From: Isosphaeraceae bacterium | GTDB lineage: Bacteria > Planctomycetota > Planctomycetia > Isosphaerales > Isosphaeraceae | Length of the DNA stretch: 64,000 bases | Assembly (NCBI GenBank): GCA_965201075.1 | Contig: CBDAVP010000016.1 | Coordinates: 434,001 to 498,000, forward strand | Reading direction: 5' to 3' | In this document: positions 30,751 to 40,743 of the stretch, piece by piece | Position numbering within the stretch: position 1 is the first letter of the stretch | Layout: each line of letters opens with the position of its first letter | Translations under genes and position numbers: made by a program | The notes under the pieces: generated by a model | Database searches by the model: none | Seen by the model: the letters and a program-made list of their open reading frames with translations, nothing else | Told to the model about the DNA's origin: nothing

Positions 30751-31398
30751 ATGTCCCGCAACCCGCCCATCCTCGACCCGCCCATCCGCCTGGCCGTCTG
30801 CGTTTCCGGTGGCGGGACGACCTTGCGCAATCTTCTCGACAGTATCCATGAGGGAAGGTTGGCGGCCTCGGTTGTCCGGGTCGTCGCCGACCGGCCAGGG
30901 ATCGGGGCCATTTCCCTCGCGGAAACGGCGGGGCTGCCCGTCTCGGTCGTCACTCGCAAGGGTCGTTCGCTGGAAGACTTCAGCCGCACGATCTTCGAGG
31001 CGATCCGCGACGACCAGGCCGACCTGGTGATTCTCGGCGGGTTTCTCTCGTTGATCGCAATCCCCGAGGACTACGCGGGCCGGGTCCTGAACATCCACCC
31101 ATCGCTCATCCCCGCGTTTTGCGGCAAGGGATATCACGGCGAAGCGGTCCATCGCGCCGCGATTGAGAGCGGCGTCAAGGTGACCGGCTGCACGGTCCAT
31201 TTCGCCGACCCGACCTATGACACCGGGCCGATCGTCCTCCAGCAAACCGTCCCGGTCCTCGACGACGACACCCCCGCAAGCCTTGCGGCGAGGGTTTTTA
31301 CCTCAGAGTGCTCGGCGCTTCCCGAAGCCATCCGCCTCTACTCGGCCGGGCGATTGAAGGTGGAGGGGCGTCGAGTCCGCATCCTCCCGCGCCCCTAA
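30751..31398 (+). CDS. purN: Phosphoribosylglycinamide formyltransferase
   Basis: VSGGGTTL, LNIHPSLIPAF, TGCTVHF, DTGPIVLQ. Confidence 0.95.
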   Translation: MSRNPPILDPPIRLAVCVSGGGTTLRNLLDSIHEGRLAASVVRVVADRPGIGAISLAETAGLPVSVVTRKGRSLEDFSRTIFEAIRDDQADLVILGGFLSLIAIPEDYAGRVLNIHPSLIPAFCGKGYHGEAVHRAAIESGVKVTGCTVHFADPTYDTGPIVLQQTVPVLDDDTPASLAARVFTSECSALPEAIRLYSAGRLKVEGRRVRILPRP

Positions 31399-31899
31399 GT
31401 CTCGTGGGGCGTCGGCGATCCGCAACTCCACCTGAGTCCGGACCGAGCCGTCGGCGGCGATTCGCAACTGAGTGCGGTCGGGCTTGTCGAAGACGAAGGT
31501 GATGGCGGGCGACAGCACGAAGTCGGGAGACGACCCGAACGCGTCCATCAGATACCGGACCATGCGGTCCAAGGGGCCATCGACGAAGATCGGGTAGTCA
31601 ACGCTCTGGCAGTCAACCTCGACCAGTCGCCCCCCCTCATCGGCCCGCAAATGCCCGGCAGCGCCGATGGGCCGCCCCTTGACGAAGTCGGCATGTTTGC
31701 GGGTCCATCCCGGTTTGATACGGAACCGGCTGCCCCGGTCCAGCACGAAACCATGCCACTCCCCGGCTGGCAAGGATGATTCCGAAGTGGGGATGTAAAC
31801 CGGGACGACCTTCGTTTGCGAGGTCCGCGACGCGCGGAGGAGGCGGGGAGGCGGACTCACCAGCACGAAGCCGCCACACTCCTGGTTGTCGCCGGCCAT
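31303..31899 (-). CDS. Hypothetical protein
   Basis: AGGA RBS, GC-rich third codon positions, fills the purN-bshB1 gap; 3' end overlaps purN by 96 nt. Confidence 0.6.
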   Translation of the reverse strand: MAGDNQECGGFVLVSPPPRLLRASRTSQTKVVPVYIPTSESSLPAGEWHGFVLDRGSRFRIKPGWTRKHADFVKGRPIGAAGHLRADEGGRLVEVDCQSVDYPIFVDGPLDRMVRYLMDAFGSSPDFVLSPAITFVFDKPDRTQLRIAADGSVRTQVELRIADAPRDLGAREDADSTPLHLQSPGRVEADGFGKRRAL

Positions 31900-32016
31900 C
31901 GTTACGTTCCTGATCGTCGACGCGCGTCATCTCTCTGGCTGCATCATTGGACACTAAAACGACAACCGCGTCGTGTCAATCATGCCGTCGGCGAAACCGG
32001 GGAATTTCGCTCAAGT

Positions 32017-32709
32017 TCACAACAAAAGGTGGTCGAGCCGACTCAAACCGATCGGTTCTCGGCTGGCGAAAGCTTCGGCGTGGCGCACCCCAATGAGGTG
32101 GCCCCAGAACCGCATCCGGTCGACCAGCGAGTCAATCACTCCGGGCTGACCCGGCGGCTGGTTGTCGACAAATTGGGAGGCATACGCCCGCAGCGCGGCG
32201 ACCTTGGCGTCAACATGCTCCGACACGTCCAGGACGAAACTGGGCCGTTCGGCGATCCTCAGGTGGACGCTGAAGTAATACAGGATGCGCGACGGGTGAA
32301 ATGGCTCGCCGGCCATATCCGTTTTGCTCAACTTGCTCCAGAAGCGCGCGTCCTCGACCAACTTCGACGCCGCGGTGTGGTCGGGGTGGGCGTCTTCCCA
32401 GAAGGGGGCGAACAGGAGTTTGGGGCGGACCCGCCGGAAGACCTCGGCGAGGGCGCGTCGGTGGTCAAGGGTGGGTTCGAGGCTGCGGTTGGGCAGGCCC
32501 AGGTTTTCCCGCCAGGGGTTGCCCAGCGAGACGTTGGCCTGGGCGGTCTCGGCCTTGCGCTTCTCCAGAGTTCCCAGCGGGGTCGGCTCGCCGCTGGTCA
32601 GGTCGAGGATGCCCACCTTCCAACCCATGGCTTTCAGGAGGAGGATCGTCCCCCCCATGCCCACCTCGGCGTCGTCGGGATGGGGGGCGATCACCAGGGC
32701 GTCGAGCAT
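32017..32709 (-). CDS. PIG-L/LmbE-family deacetylase, BshB1-like
   Basis: APHPDDAEVGMGGT, DLTSGE, DAHPDH, AYASQF, GVRHAEAF; true start ATG 32709. Confidence 0.88.
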   Translation of the reverse strand: MLDALVIAPHPDDAEVGMGGTILLLKAMGWKVGILDLTSGEPTPLGTLEKRKAETAQANVSLGNPWRENLGLPNRSLEPTLDHRRALAEVFRRVRPKLLFAPFWEDAHPDHTAASKLVEDARFWSKLSKTDMAGEPFHPSRILYYFSVHLRIAERPSFVLDVSEHVDAKVAALRAYASQFVDNQPPGQPGVIDSLVDRMRFWGHLIGVRHAEAFASREPIGLSRLDHLLL

Positions 32710-32728
32710 CGCGGGAACTCCTGGGAAT

Positions 32729-34216
32729 TCAGCCGAGGGTGATCCGCCGGACGACCTCCCGGGCCGAGAGGACCACGGCCATCGTCCCCTGACCGGGAAA
32801 CACGCTATCGCCCACCAGCCAGAGGCCACGGCCCAGGGCGTCGGGCCCCACCGCCAGGACATTGCTGTTGAAACGACCAACGGGCGCGCCGCCGACCGCG
32901 CCCCGGGCCCTGCGAGTATAGCGGGCGAAGCTGCGAGGCGTCGCGAATTCCTCATGACGCAAGCCCGCCACCGAACCGGGCAAGGCGAGCTCCACCACGT
33001 CCAACAATCGCCCGCGGAACTCGGCCTTCCTCGCGGCATGTTCCGGCTTCTCCAGGCCCACCCACTCGTCGGGCCGGACGTGGGTCGATAGCGTCGCCAC
33101 GCGGACGTCCGGCGGCCCATATCCCGGGTCTCCCGGCGGCGAGAGCGAGACGAGGACGTTGTTGCCGTCGTGAATCGGCCGGTCATAATCGCGCAGAACC
33201 TGATGGAACAACGGCCCGTCGTCGGGAATCGCCGCCCTGTCGATCGCCAGGTAGCCGGTGAAGGCACTCCAGGCCGCCCGGGATTTCCGTTCGTCCCGCC
33301 GAAGCTGGCCTCCGAGCGTCCGGCCCAACAGGGAGGCGGCCAGGTCGACCGGCAGGTTGAAGGCGACCTGTCTCGCGAGGAACGTCCGCCGACGACGGGT
33401 CTCCACGGCGAACCCGCCCCGGACGTCCTCGCGGACCCGGTCGACCTTGGTGGCGACGTGCAGCGAGCCGCCCAGTTCGGCGAACCGTCGTCCAATCCCC
33501 TCGGCCAGGGCCGCCATCCCCCCAATGGGTCGGCTCATCCCCGACCGGTATGCGTGGAGACAGGCCGAGGCGTTCGCGAACGGGACGACCTCGGGCCCGG
33601 CCTGCGCGGTGTCCTGAAGCAACATCGCCACCAACGACCGGAATGGTCGGTCCTCGTTCAGACCCAGCATCCTCAAAACATTCTGGACCGTGAGCGACGA
33701 GGTCGAGGCCGCCAACAGTCCGCCCACGCCCAGGATTTTGAGATCGTGGAAAGTGTCGCCGAAGGACCGGGGCGGGAACCGAGGCCCTCGCGAGGCCACC
33801 GCGAACAGCCGCCGACCGACCGCCTCTTGCAGCTTCCAGAACAGGCCCAGCGACCGCGGATGCCCCGGGAAGGCCCGTTGGCAAGCCGTCTCGAAGGCCG
33901 GTCCGTCCGGGACGATGTCGAGTGTCCGGTCGGGGAGGTGGACCCGGTAACTCGGCGTCTTCAACCCCTGGAGATCGAGGCCGATGCGACCCAACAGGTC
34001 GCCCAGCGGCTCTCCAGGACCCAGGCCCATCAAGGCCGTGGCTCCGGCGTCGAAGTGGTAAGGCCCCCGGCCGAAGTGCCCCGCGCACCCGCCGAGCTTG
34101 GTGTGGGCCTCCAACAGGGCCACTCGCAAACCGGCCGTCCTGGCCAGGGCCGCCGTCGCCAGGCCGCCCAGACCGCCGCCGATCACCACCAGGTCGAAGA
34201 CCTCGTCCGCCGCCAC
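32729..34216 (-). CDS. Phytoene desaturase-family FAD oxidoreductase (CrtD-like)
   Basis: VIGGGLGGL, GGCAGHF...FDAGAT, ATPRSFARYT, LVGDSVFPGQG; GTG start after AAGGAG. Confidence 0.82.
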   Translation of the reverse strand: MAADEVFDLVVIGGGLGGLATAALARTAGLRVALLEAHTKLGGCAGHFGRGPYHFDAGATALMGLGPGEPLGDLLGRIGLDLQGLKTPSYRVHLPDRTLDIVPDGPAFETACQRAFPGHPRSLGLFWKLQEAVGRRLFAVASRGPRFPPRSFGDTFHDLKILGVGGLLAASTSSLTVQNVLRMLGLNEDRPFRSLVAMLLQDTAQAGPEVVPFANASACLHAYRSGMSRPIGGMAALAEGIGRRFAELGGSLHVATKVDRVREDVRGGFAVETRRRRTFLARQVAFNLPVDLAASLLGRTLGGQLRRDERKSRAAWSAFTGYLAIDRAAIPDDGPLFHQVLRDYDRPIHDGNNVLVSLSPPGDPGYGPPDVRVATLSTHVRPDEWVGLEKPEHAARKAEFRGRLLDVVELALPGSVAGLRHEEFATPRSFARYTRRARGAVGGAPVGRFNSNVLAVGPDALGRGLWLVGDSVFPGQGTMAVVLSAREVVRRITLG

Positions 34217-34383
34217 GTTTTGCTCCTTGGGTTCCCGCATCAACCGCGTCGGAACGAGTGTAGGCATGCGTCAGCGCCGGAAATTCGTCGCGAGATTGGG
34301 ACAACCTTGAGGGCTTCTGGTAGGATCGCCCCAGCCGAGTTCCAAGATGGGGCCATCGGCGACGACCGAGGGGACGACCGCCC

Positions 34384-34692
34384 ATGCCGGGCTTCGTGAA
34401 GCTGGTGGCTCTTGACGAACTGGCGGCGAGCCGGGCCCTGGAGGTCGAACACGACGGCCGGGTCTATGCCCTTTTCCAGGTTGATGGGGCGGTTTTTGCG
34501 ATGGATGGCATTTGTCCCCACCAGGGGGGTCCGCTCGCCCGGGGCGAGGTCGCCCAAGGCGCCGTGACCTGTCCCTGGCATGGTTGGCGGTTCGACCTGG
34601 CCAGCGGGCAATCGGCCGTGCATGCGCGGGTGGTCCAGCCAACATTCGAGGTTCAGGTCCGTGGGGGCGACGTGTGGGTCGACGTCCCCTGA
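34384..34692 (+). CDS. Rieske [2Fe-2S] ferredoxin
   Basis: CPHQGGPL...VTCPWHGWRFD. Confidence 0.93.
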   Translation: MPGFVKLVALDELAASRALEVEHDGRVYALFQVDGAVFAMDGICPHQGGPLARGEVAQGAVTCPWHGWRFDLASGQSAVHARVVQPTFEVQVRGGDVWVDVP

Positions 34693-34735
34693 GGGCGTCT
34701 TCCGCACGCCAACGGGGCCGATAGCCCGATCGAGA

Positions 34736-35734
34736 GTGCCGTTGAGCCGTTTCCGCCTCCGCCCCTTCCGCAACGGCGACCCACCCGCACTGGCGGACCT
34801 CTGGAACCGCGGTACGCCCCAAACGGGGGTCGCCCGCCCCCTGGCGTCCCACGAATTCGACGCGGCCGTCGTCAACAAGCTCGGCTTCGACCGCCAGGGA
34901 TTGCTCGTCGCCGAGCCGGCCGAGGGGGGGCGCCCCGTCGGCTTCGTCCACGCCGGGTTTGGCCCCGCCGATCCCGCCGGGCCGTCCCACCAGCCCGACC
35001 TTGCCCTCGGCGCCGTCGCCATGTTGGTGATTGAGCCGACACTTCGCGACCCGGCCGAACTCGGGCGGGAGCTGCTCGACCGGGCCCTGGTCTATCTGCG
35101 GAGTCGGGGGGCTTCGGTGCTGTATGCCGGAGGTCAGGCCCCCCTGAATCCGTTCTACTGGGGCGTCTACGGAGGGAGTGAGTGGGCCGGCATTCTCGAC
35201 GATCACTCGGTGTTTCGAGAAGCGGTCGAGGCCGGGGGATTTCGGCCGGTCTCGACGACGCAGTTGCTGGAACTCGACCTGGCCCACTGGCGAGACCCCC
35301 GAGACCCCAAGTCGGCGTTCCTCCGCCGTCAGTCCCGCCTGGAAGTCGAGGAGGACGTACCCTTGCCTCGTTGGTGGGATGCCCTGGCCATCGGTCAGCG
35401 GCAACCGACCGTCTTCCGCCTGGCGTCGAAATCCGAAGGGCGGTCGCTGGCCCTCGCCCTGACCTGGGACATGGACTGGTTCGGTCGAGACGGCCGGTCC
35501 CGCCTGGGGATCGCCCTGTTCGAGGTCTTCCCCGACTCCCGTCGCAAAGGGCTCGGGCGGCACCTTCTCATCGAGATCCTCCGCCACGCCCAGTCGCAAC
35601 TCGTTGAGGTGCTGGCCGTCCAGACCCCGACGACCAACACTCCAGCGCTCGCCCTGTATCGCTCCGCCGGCTTCGAGCCCGCCGGCACCTCGACCCTCTA
35701 CCGGCTCCCGGGCCTCGACGATCCTGCGCCGTAG
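34736..35734 (+). CDS. GNAT-family N-acetyltransferase (tandem GNAT)
   Basis: FRLRPFRNGD start, RRKGLGRHLL acetyl-CoA motif, NTPALALYRSAGF. Confidence 0.85.
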   Translation: MPLSRFRLRPFRNGDPPALADLWNRGTPQTGVARPLASHEFDAAVVNKLGFDRQGLLVAEPAEGGRPVGFVHAGFGPADPAGPSHQPDLALGAVAMLVIEPTLRDPAELGRELLDRALVYLRSRGASVLYAGGQAPLNPFYWGVYGGSEWAGILDDHSVFREAVEAGGFRPVSTTQLLELDLAHWRDPRDPKSAFLRRQSRLEVEEDVPLPRWWDALAIGQRQPTVFRLASKSEGRSLALALTWDMDWFGRDGRSRLGIALFEVFPDSRRKGLGRHLLIEILRHAQSQLVEVLAVQTPTTNTPALALYRSAGFEPAGTSTLYRLPGLDDPAP

Positions 35735-35764
35735 TCGAATCCCAATCCGGCCCGAGAGCGAGGT

Positions 35765-38700
35765 TCAACTCGCCAGGCCATCGACGACGATCGACCCATC
35801 GGCCCGCCGCTTCCGGGAGTCGACCAGAACCTGGGCCTCGATCCCCGCCGAGGACGCCGTCACCGCCGACGGACTGGCCGAGGCCAGAAGGGCCGCCGCT
35901 CGGGCGCCGGGAATCGGCGCATTGGCGGTCGACCCCCAGGGAATCGCCACCGCGGGGTAGTGCCCCGACGAGAACCCGATGTAGAAGGTCCCCGTCACCG
36001 GATCGTAAACGCAGATGTCCGTTTTGCGGTCGGCGTCGAAGTCGCCAATGACAGGAATTGGGCTGTCGCTGGCGTAACCCCAGGGTATCGTCACCGTCGC
36101 GTAGTTGGACGAGAAGGTGATAATGAACGCCCCGGCGACCGGGTCATACACCCCGATGTCGGTCCGCCGGTCGCCATCGAAGTCGCCGGTGATGGGAATA
36201 TCGTGGTGGCTCGGGTCGCCGTAGGCGAGGTTCACCGCCGGATACCCCGACGAAAACCCGATCACGAACGACGAGGTCACCGGGTCGAACACCGCCACAT
36301 CGGCCCGCCTGTCGCCGTCGTAGTCACCAATCAAGGGGATGTCATGGTGGCCCGGGTCGCCCCAGTTGAGGGCGACGGCCGGGAACCCCGCCGAGAACCC
36401 GATGTTGAAGGTACCGCTCACCGGGTCGTAGGTCGCCATGTCGGTTTTGCCGTCGCCGTCGAAATCCGCCGTCACAGGGATGGGCTGATCCGCGGGGACA
36501 CCCCAGGGGATGTACGCCGGCGCCTTCCCCGAGGAGTAGCCAATGATGTACGCCCCGAGCGTTCGGTCATAAACGGCGACGTCGGTCCGGCCGTCGCCAT
36601 CGAAGTCCGCCGCCAGGGGAACAGTCAGGTTGCTCGCGTAGCCCCAGGGGATCGTCACCGCGGGAATTCCCGAGGAGAAGCGGATGCTGAAGGCGCCGGT
36701 CACGGGATCATAGACGCTGATGTCGGATTGGTGATCCCCGTCGTAATCGCCGAGGACGGCTTCGGTGCGAGAAACGCTCAGGTCGACGCGGAACGGTTCG
36801 CTGCCGTGCAGTCCGTCGACGGCCGCGACAATCAGGGTGCCGCCCAGAGTTGCCACTGGCGCGGGGTTCGATGACGGGGCGCCGGGGTTCAGGTCGGCGA
36901 TCAACGTGGTGCCGCCAATGGTTCCGTCGCTTCTCCAAAGCTCGTTGCCGTGGGCTGGGTCCCTGGCGGCGAAATAGGCCAGGCTCCCCGAGATCACAAT
37001 TGGCCCCGACGGAGCGACGACCGCCGTCCCGCTTAGCAAAATCGTGCCGGCGGCGGTCCCGTCGCTGACCCAGGGACGCCAGACGCCTGAACTGTCGCGT
37101 TGCTCGTACAAGAGCCGACCACCCAGCGAGGTCAGGTCGGCGAACGCCGGAGCCCCGCCCGCCGAGGGAGGCGCCTGAACCATGACGGTATGAGACGGCA
37201 AACCGTCGCTGACCCAGAGGCCACGGCCGTGGACGCCATCATCGGCCGTGAAGAAGACCCGACCGCCCACCGCCGTGATATCGTCGGGCCCCGACCCCGC
37301 GGTCGTCCCGGCCGACCCTCCCGAGGTCGCGTTGATGTCGGCGATCAGCACCGCGACCGACCCGGTTCCCAGAGCGGCCCACAGTTCCCGCCCATGAACC
37401 CCGTCGTCGGCGCCAAAGAACAAAACGCCGCTGGCCAACTGGAATTGCGAGGGGAACGACCCCCCCGGCCCAGGGTTGATGTCTCGATACAGGAGTGTTC
37501 CGGCCGCCGTGCCATCGGTGGACCACAACTCGTCGCCGTAGGGGTCGCTCACGCCAAGCCCATCGTCGGCCGCGAAGTACAGTCGCCCGGCGAACGGCGT
37601 CAAAGCCAGGGCGGGGCCCGACCCGGAGTTGCTCGCCCGGAACGAGCGGAGCAACGACGTCCCGGCCGCGGTCCCATCGCTGCGGATCAGGTCGACGGCG
37701 ATCTTCCCCGAGGCGTCCGGCCGGGTCCTGGCGAAATACAAGGCCCCGTTGAACGCCAGCAGGTCCGAGATCGCCAGGCCGCCCAGATACACCGCCGGCG
37801 CGGTTCCCCCAACGGTTCCATCGGTTCGCCAGAGGGTCGGGCCATAGCCGCCGTCCGCGATGAAATACAGCAAGCCATGGAAAAGCACCGACTGGCCGCT
37901 CGCCGTCAGGCCGGTCAGCGACGAGGAAGGACCCGGGGCGATGTCGGCCAGCAAGATCGTCCCGCTCGCGGTGCCGTTGGTGGCCCACATCTCCAACCCG
38001 TGGATTCCGTCGTCGGCCTCGAAGATCACCCGGCCGTTGATCGTCGTCGCGGTCGACCCACCCGACCCGTTGGTGTTGGCCGTCGGGTCAAGGCTGCCCA
38101 GCGTGACGCCCGGGGCGAACGACACCGCGGCGAACGTCCCGCCCACCGTCCCGTCGCTCAGCCACAACTGGTTCACCCCCGCCGCGCCGTGGCCCGAAAA
38201 GACCAGCAAGCCCCCGTCCGGCGTCAGAGCCTGGGGGGTTCCGCTGTCTCCGCCCGGCAGGAGGTCGTAGAAAAAGGCCGTCCCGCCCTGCGTGCCGTCG
38301 CTCCTCCACAGTTCCAGGCCGGTTCCTGGGTCGTAGTTCGAGAAGTACAGGACATTGCCCAGCGTCGCGAAACTCGCCACCGCCGTTGATCCGTCCGAAC
38401 CATCCCCGGCCGGCAGGATCGACCGCAAGGCCAGGGTTCCGGCGGCGGTCCCGTCGCTGCTCCAAAGTGTCGTGGGAGCGGCCGACACGGTGGGTCCCAG
38501 GGTGAAGAAGATCCGGCCGGGCGTCGCCTGGAAGTTTCCCGCGACGTAGCTGCTCAGGGAGGTTTCATAGGCCAGCGCCGTCACCGACGCGGTCCCGTCC
38601 GGGATGCCGTTGCTGCGCCAGAGCGACACGCGATACACCGGCGCCGCGGGCGTCCCGATGCTGGTCGTCGAGGTGAAGTAGGCGTAGCCTCCCTGGACCA

Positions 38701-39562
38701 CGAACGGGACGTTGCCCGCGAGGCCAACCGGTGGCGGGTCGGGCGCCACCGACGAGACCATCCACGTTCCCGAGACGGTCCCATCGCTCCGCCACAACGC
38801 CGGCGCGTTTCCGCCGTCATTGCCGGAAAACAGCAGCCGAGTGCCCAGGGAGGTCAGGTCGGCGATCCCCGGAGCAAACGTCAGGGCCCCGCCCCGCGAA
38901 AACTCCTTGACCAGAACCGTCCCCGAGGCTGTTCCGTCGCTGACGTAAAGGTCGCTCCCGGTGGACGACTCCTCGGTGAAGAACAGGCGGTTCCCGACGA
39001 CGGTCAACGACGACGGGGCCCCGTAAACGGTGGAAAACGACTTGACCAGCGTCGTCCCGGCCGCCGTGCCGTCGCTCTTCCAGAGCCCCAACACCCCGGC
39101 CGTGCCGTCGCTGGCGGTGAACATCAAGGTCCCGCCGAGATTCACGAGGTTGGACGGGGACGACCCTCCCGAGGGGTTCAGGTCGCGGACCAGCGACGTC
39201 CCGGCGGCGGTCCCGTCGCTGGTCCACAACTCCGAACCGTGGACGCCGTCGTCAGCCACGAAGAAGGCGCGGGCGCCTATGGCGGTCAGTTCGCTCGGCC
39301 CGGCGACACCGGACCCGGCGAGCGAGATGTCCTTGACCACGAACCCGCCGCGATACAGGGCCGTCGCCCCGGTCGCAACGTCCCGGGCCGCGTACCAGAT
39401 GGCCCCCGAGATCACGGTCAGGTCGGACGGGAAGGCGTCGGCGGTGTTGATGTCCTTGATTAGCCCGTTCGCGAGAAGGGTGCGCCCTTCCAAACACTCC
39501 AACGAGGGCAGGGCCGCTCGGCGACCAAGCCGCCCCCCCCCGCCGCGACGCCGCGCGCCCAT
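35765..39562 (-). CDS. Large extracellular protein: planctomycete export motif + ELWxxDGT repeats + FG-GAP/VCBS-like repeats
   Basis: RRR...SLECLEGRTLLA N-terminus; about 16 (E/G/T)LWxSDGT repeats; six GDxDGD-x2-D repeats at the C-terminus. Confidence 0.9.
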   Translation of the reverse strand: MGARRRGGGGRLGRRAALPSLECLEGRTLLANGLIKDINTADAFPSDLTVISGAIWYAARDVATGATALYRGGFVVKDISLAGSGVAGPSELTAIGARAFFVADDGVHGSELWTSDGTAAGTSLVRDLNPSGGSSPSNLVNLGGTLMFTASDGTAGVLGLWKSDGTAAGTTLVKSFSTVYGAPSSLTVVGNRLFFTEESSTGSDLYVSDGTASGTVLVKEFSRGGALTFAPGIADLTSLGTRLLFSGNDGGNAPALWRSDGTVSGTWMVSSVAPDPPPVGLAGNVPFVVQGGYAYFTSTTSIGTPAAPVYRVSLWRSNGIPDGTASVTALAYETSLSSYVAGNFQATPGRIFFTLGPTVSAAPTTLWSSDGTAAGTLALRSILPAGDGSDGSTAVASFATLGNVLYFSNYDPGTGLELWRSDGTQGGTAFFYDLLPGGDSGTPQALTPDGGLLVFSGHGAAGVNQLWLSDGTVGGTFAAVSFAPGVTLGSLDPTANTNGSGGSTATTINGRVIFEADDGIHGLEMWATNGTASGTILLADIAPGPSSSLTGLTASGQSVLFHGLLYFIADGGYGPTLWRTDGTVGGTAPAVYLGGLAISDLLAFNGALYFARTRPDASGKIAVDLIRSDGTAAGTSLLRSFRASNSGSGPALALTPFAGRLYFAADDGLGVSDPYGDELWSTDGTAAGTLLYRDINPGPGGSFPSQFQLASGVLFFGADDGVHGRELWAALGTGSVAVLIADINATSGGSAGTTAGSGPDDITAVGGRVFFTADDGVHGRGLWVSDGLPSHTVMVQAPPSAGGAPAFADLTSLGGRLLYEQRDSSGVWRPWVSDGTAAGTILLSGTAVVAPSGPIVISGSLAYFAARDPAHGNELWRSDGTIGGTTLIADLNPGAPSSNPAPVATLGGTLIVAAVDGLHGSEPFRVDLSVSRTEAVLGDYDGDHQSDISVYDPVTGAFSIRFSSGIPAVTIPWGYASNLTVPLAADFDGDGRTDVAVYDRTLGAYIIGYSSGKAPAYIPWGVPADQPIPVTADFDGDGKTDMATYDPVSGTFNIGFSAGFPAVALNWGDPGHHDIPLIGDYDGDRRADVAVFDPVTSSFVIGFSSGYPAVNLAYGDPSHHDIPITGDFDGDRRTDIGVYDPVAGAFIITFSSNYATVTIPWGYASDSPIPVIGDFDADRKTDICVYDPVTGTFYIGFSSGHYPAVAIPWGSTANAPIPGARAAALLASASPSAVTASSAGIEAQVLVDSRKRRADGSIVVDGLAS

Positions 39563-39729
39563 GCCCGTGCCTCCCCGACCGAAGTCCGGCCGACCTCGAC
39601 CCGGCCGACACTTCCCCCTTTGAGAGTGGTAGGACACGTTTCCGGCCGGAAGGGTTGGAACTCCCCTGGCCCACGCTTCCGGCTCCGGGGTAAAACGGAG
39701 GAAGTCCTCCAAAAGGAGCCCCTTCTCAC

Positions 39730-40026
39730 ATGGCACGCCGCACTCTCCGCGACCTCCGGGCCGAAGCCGACGCGATCGCGGCGCGTGGCCTCGATCTCCC
39801 GGCCGCCCGCAAGCCTCGGTCCGAGCCCACTGAGCGTCGTCCCCGGCCCTCGGCCGAGCCCGCCCGCATGCGGGTTGTCTGGGCCGTTTGTGACGTCGGC
39901 GGTCGGACTGTCGCCACCTACGAATATCCCAGGAAGGCCGAGGCCGAGGCCCACGCGGCCCTCCTTCAGAGCAAGGGAAAGGGGGCTCACTTCGTCCGAT
40001 CGCTCAAGGAGCCGATGGGCGGTTGA
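39730..40026 (+). CDS. Small basic hypothetical protein
   Basis: AAGGAG RBS; MARRTLRDLRAEA...RMRVVWAV...HFVRSLKEPM; coding-like codons. Confidence 0.75.
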   Translation: MARRTLRDLRAEADAIAARGLDLPAARKPRSEPTERRPRPSAEPARMRVVWAVCDVGGRTVATYEYPRKAEAEAHAALLQSKGKGAHFVRSLKEPMGG

Positions 40027-40115
40027 ACCTCGAGGTCGACGGCTGCCGACGACCCGAAGACGTGGTATGGTGGACAGGGAGCCCCGAGCCCTCGCCTTGC
40101 TTGAGACGTTTCCCC

Positions 40116-40637
40116 ATGCCGCACGCCCAGACCGTTCCACCCGTCGAGGCGATTCGCGATTGGTACGCCGAGGACCCGTCGCGAATGACGATGATGGGTG
40201 CTCGCAAATTTGGCGTTCCCGAGCGAACCGTTCTGGAAGCCCTGGCCGATTGCTGGCCGATCGACCGTCTCCGCGCCGACGCCTTCCCCGAGTTGATGGA
40301 TGGGCTGGTCGGCCTGGGACTGATGCGGGTCTTCGTCCGTAGCCGAGCCGCGGTCATCGAATCGGTCGGCCACTTCGGCGGATTTTCCGAGGCTGGTCCG
40401 TTCTTCAACGTGCAGACCGAGACCCTCGACCTCCACATCCTGCCCGCCGAGATTGCCGCCATTTACGCGGTCCGCAAGACCGGACATGACTCGTCCTACG
40501 CCACTCACTCGTTCCAGCTTTTCGACCACCAGGGTGACGCCGCCTTCAAGACGTTTCTGTGGGAAGATTTTCCCGCCGTCCCGCCCGCCCGGATCACCGC
40601 GTTCGAGGATCTGGTCCGTCGTCTCGGGTCAGGTTGA
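40116..40637 (+). CDS. ChuX/HutX (HemS-like) heme-binding family protein
   Basis: ARKFGVPERTVLEAL, FFNV, LDLHI, HSFQLFDHQGDAAFKTFL. Confidence 0.75.
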   Translation: MPHAQTVPPVEAIRDWYAEDPSRMTMMGARKFGVPERTVLEALADCWPIDRLRADAFPELMDGLVGLGLMRVFVRSRAAVIESVGHFGGFSEAGPFFNVQTETLDLHILPAEIAAIYAVRKTGHDSSYATHSFQLFDHQGDAAFKTFLWEDFPAVPPARITAFEDLVRRLGSG

Positions 40638-40648
40638 TCCTGGACAGT

Positions 40649-40664
40649 TGGCGCGACAGTTGCT
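40649..40664 (+). promoter_or_regulatory. Sigma54 (-24/-12) promoter
   Basis: TGGCGCGACAGTTGCT: GG-N10-GC closely matching TGGCACG-N4-TTGC, 80 nt upstream of ATG 40744. Confidence 0.6.
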
Positions 40665-40743
40665 CAGATTTCCCGCAATCCTTCAGAACGTGCGTGGACG
40701 CTCGACCGAATCGCGATCGGTGTCCCCCCTGAGGCCCTAGCCA

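Noticed and set aside
32710..33525. Long N-terminal extension or fusion on the BshB1-like ORF (502 aa in the track)
   Set aside because: Off-frame overlap with the crtD-like gene; the family N-terminus begins at ATG 32709
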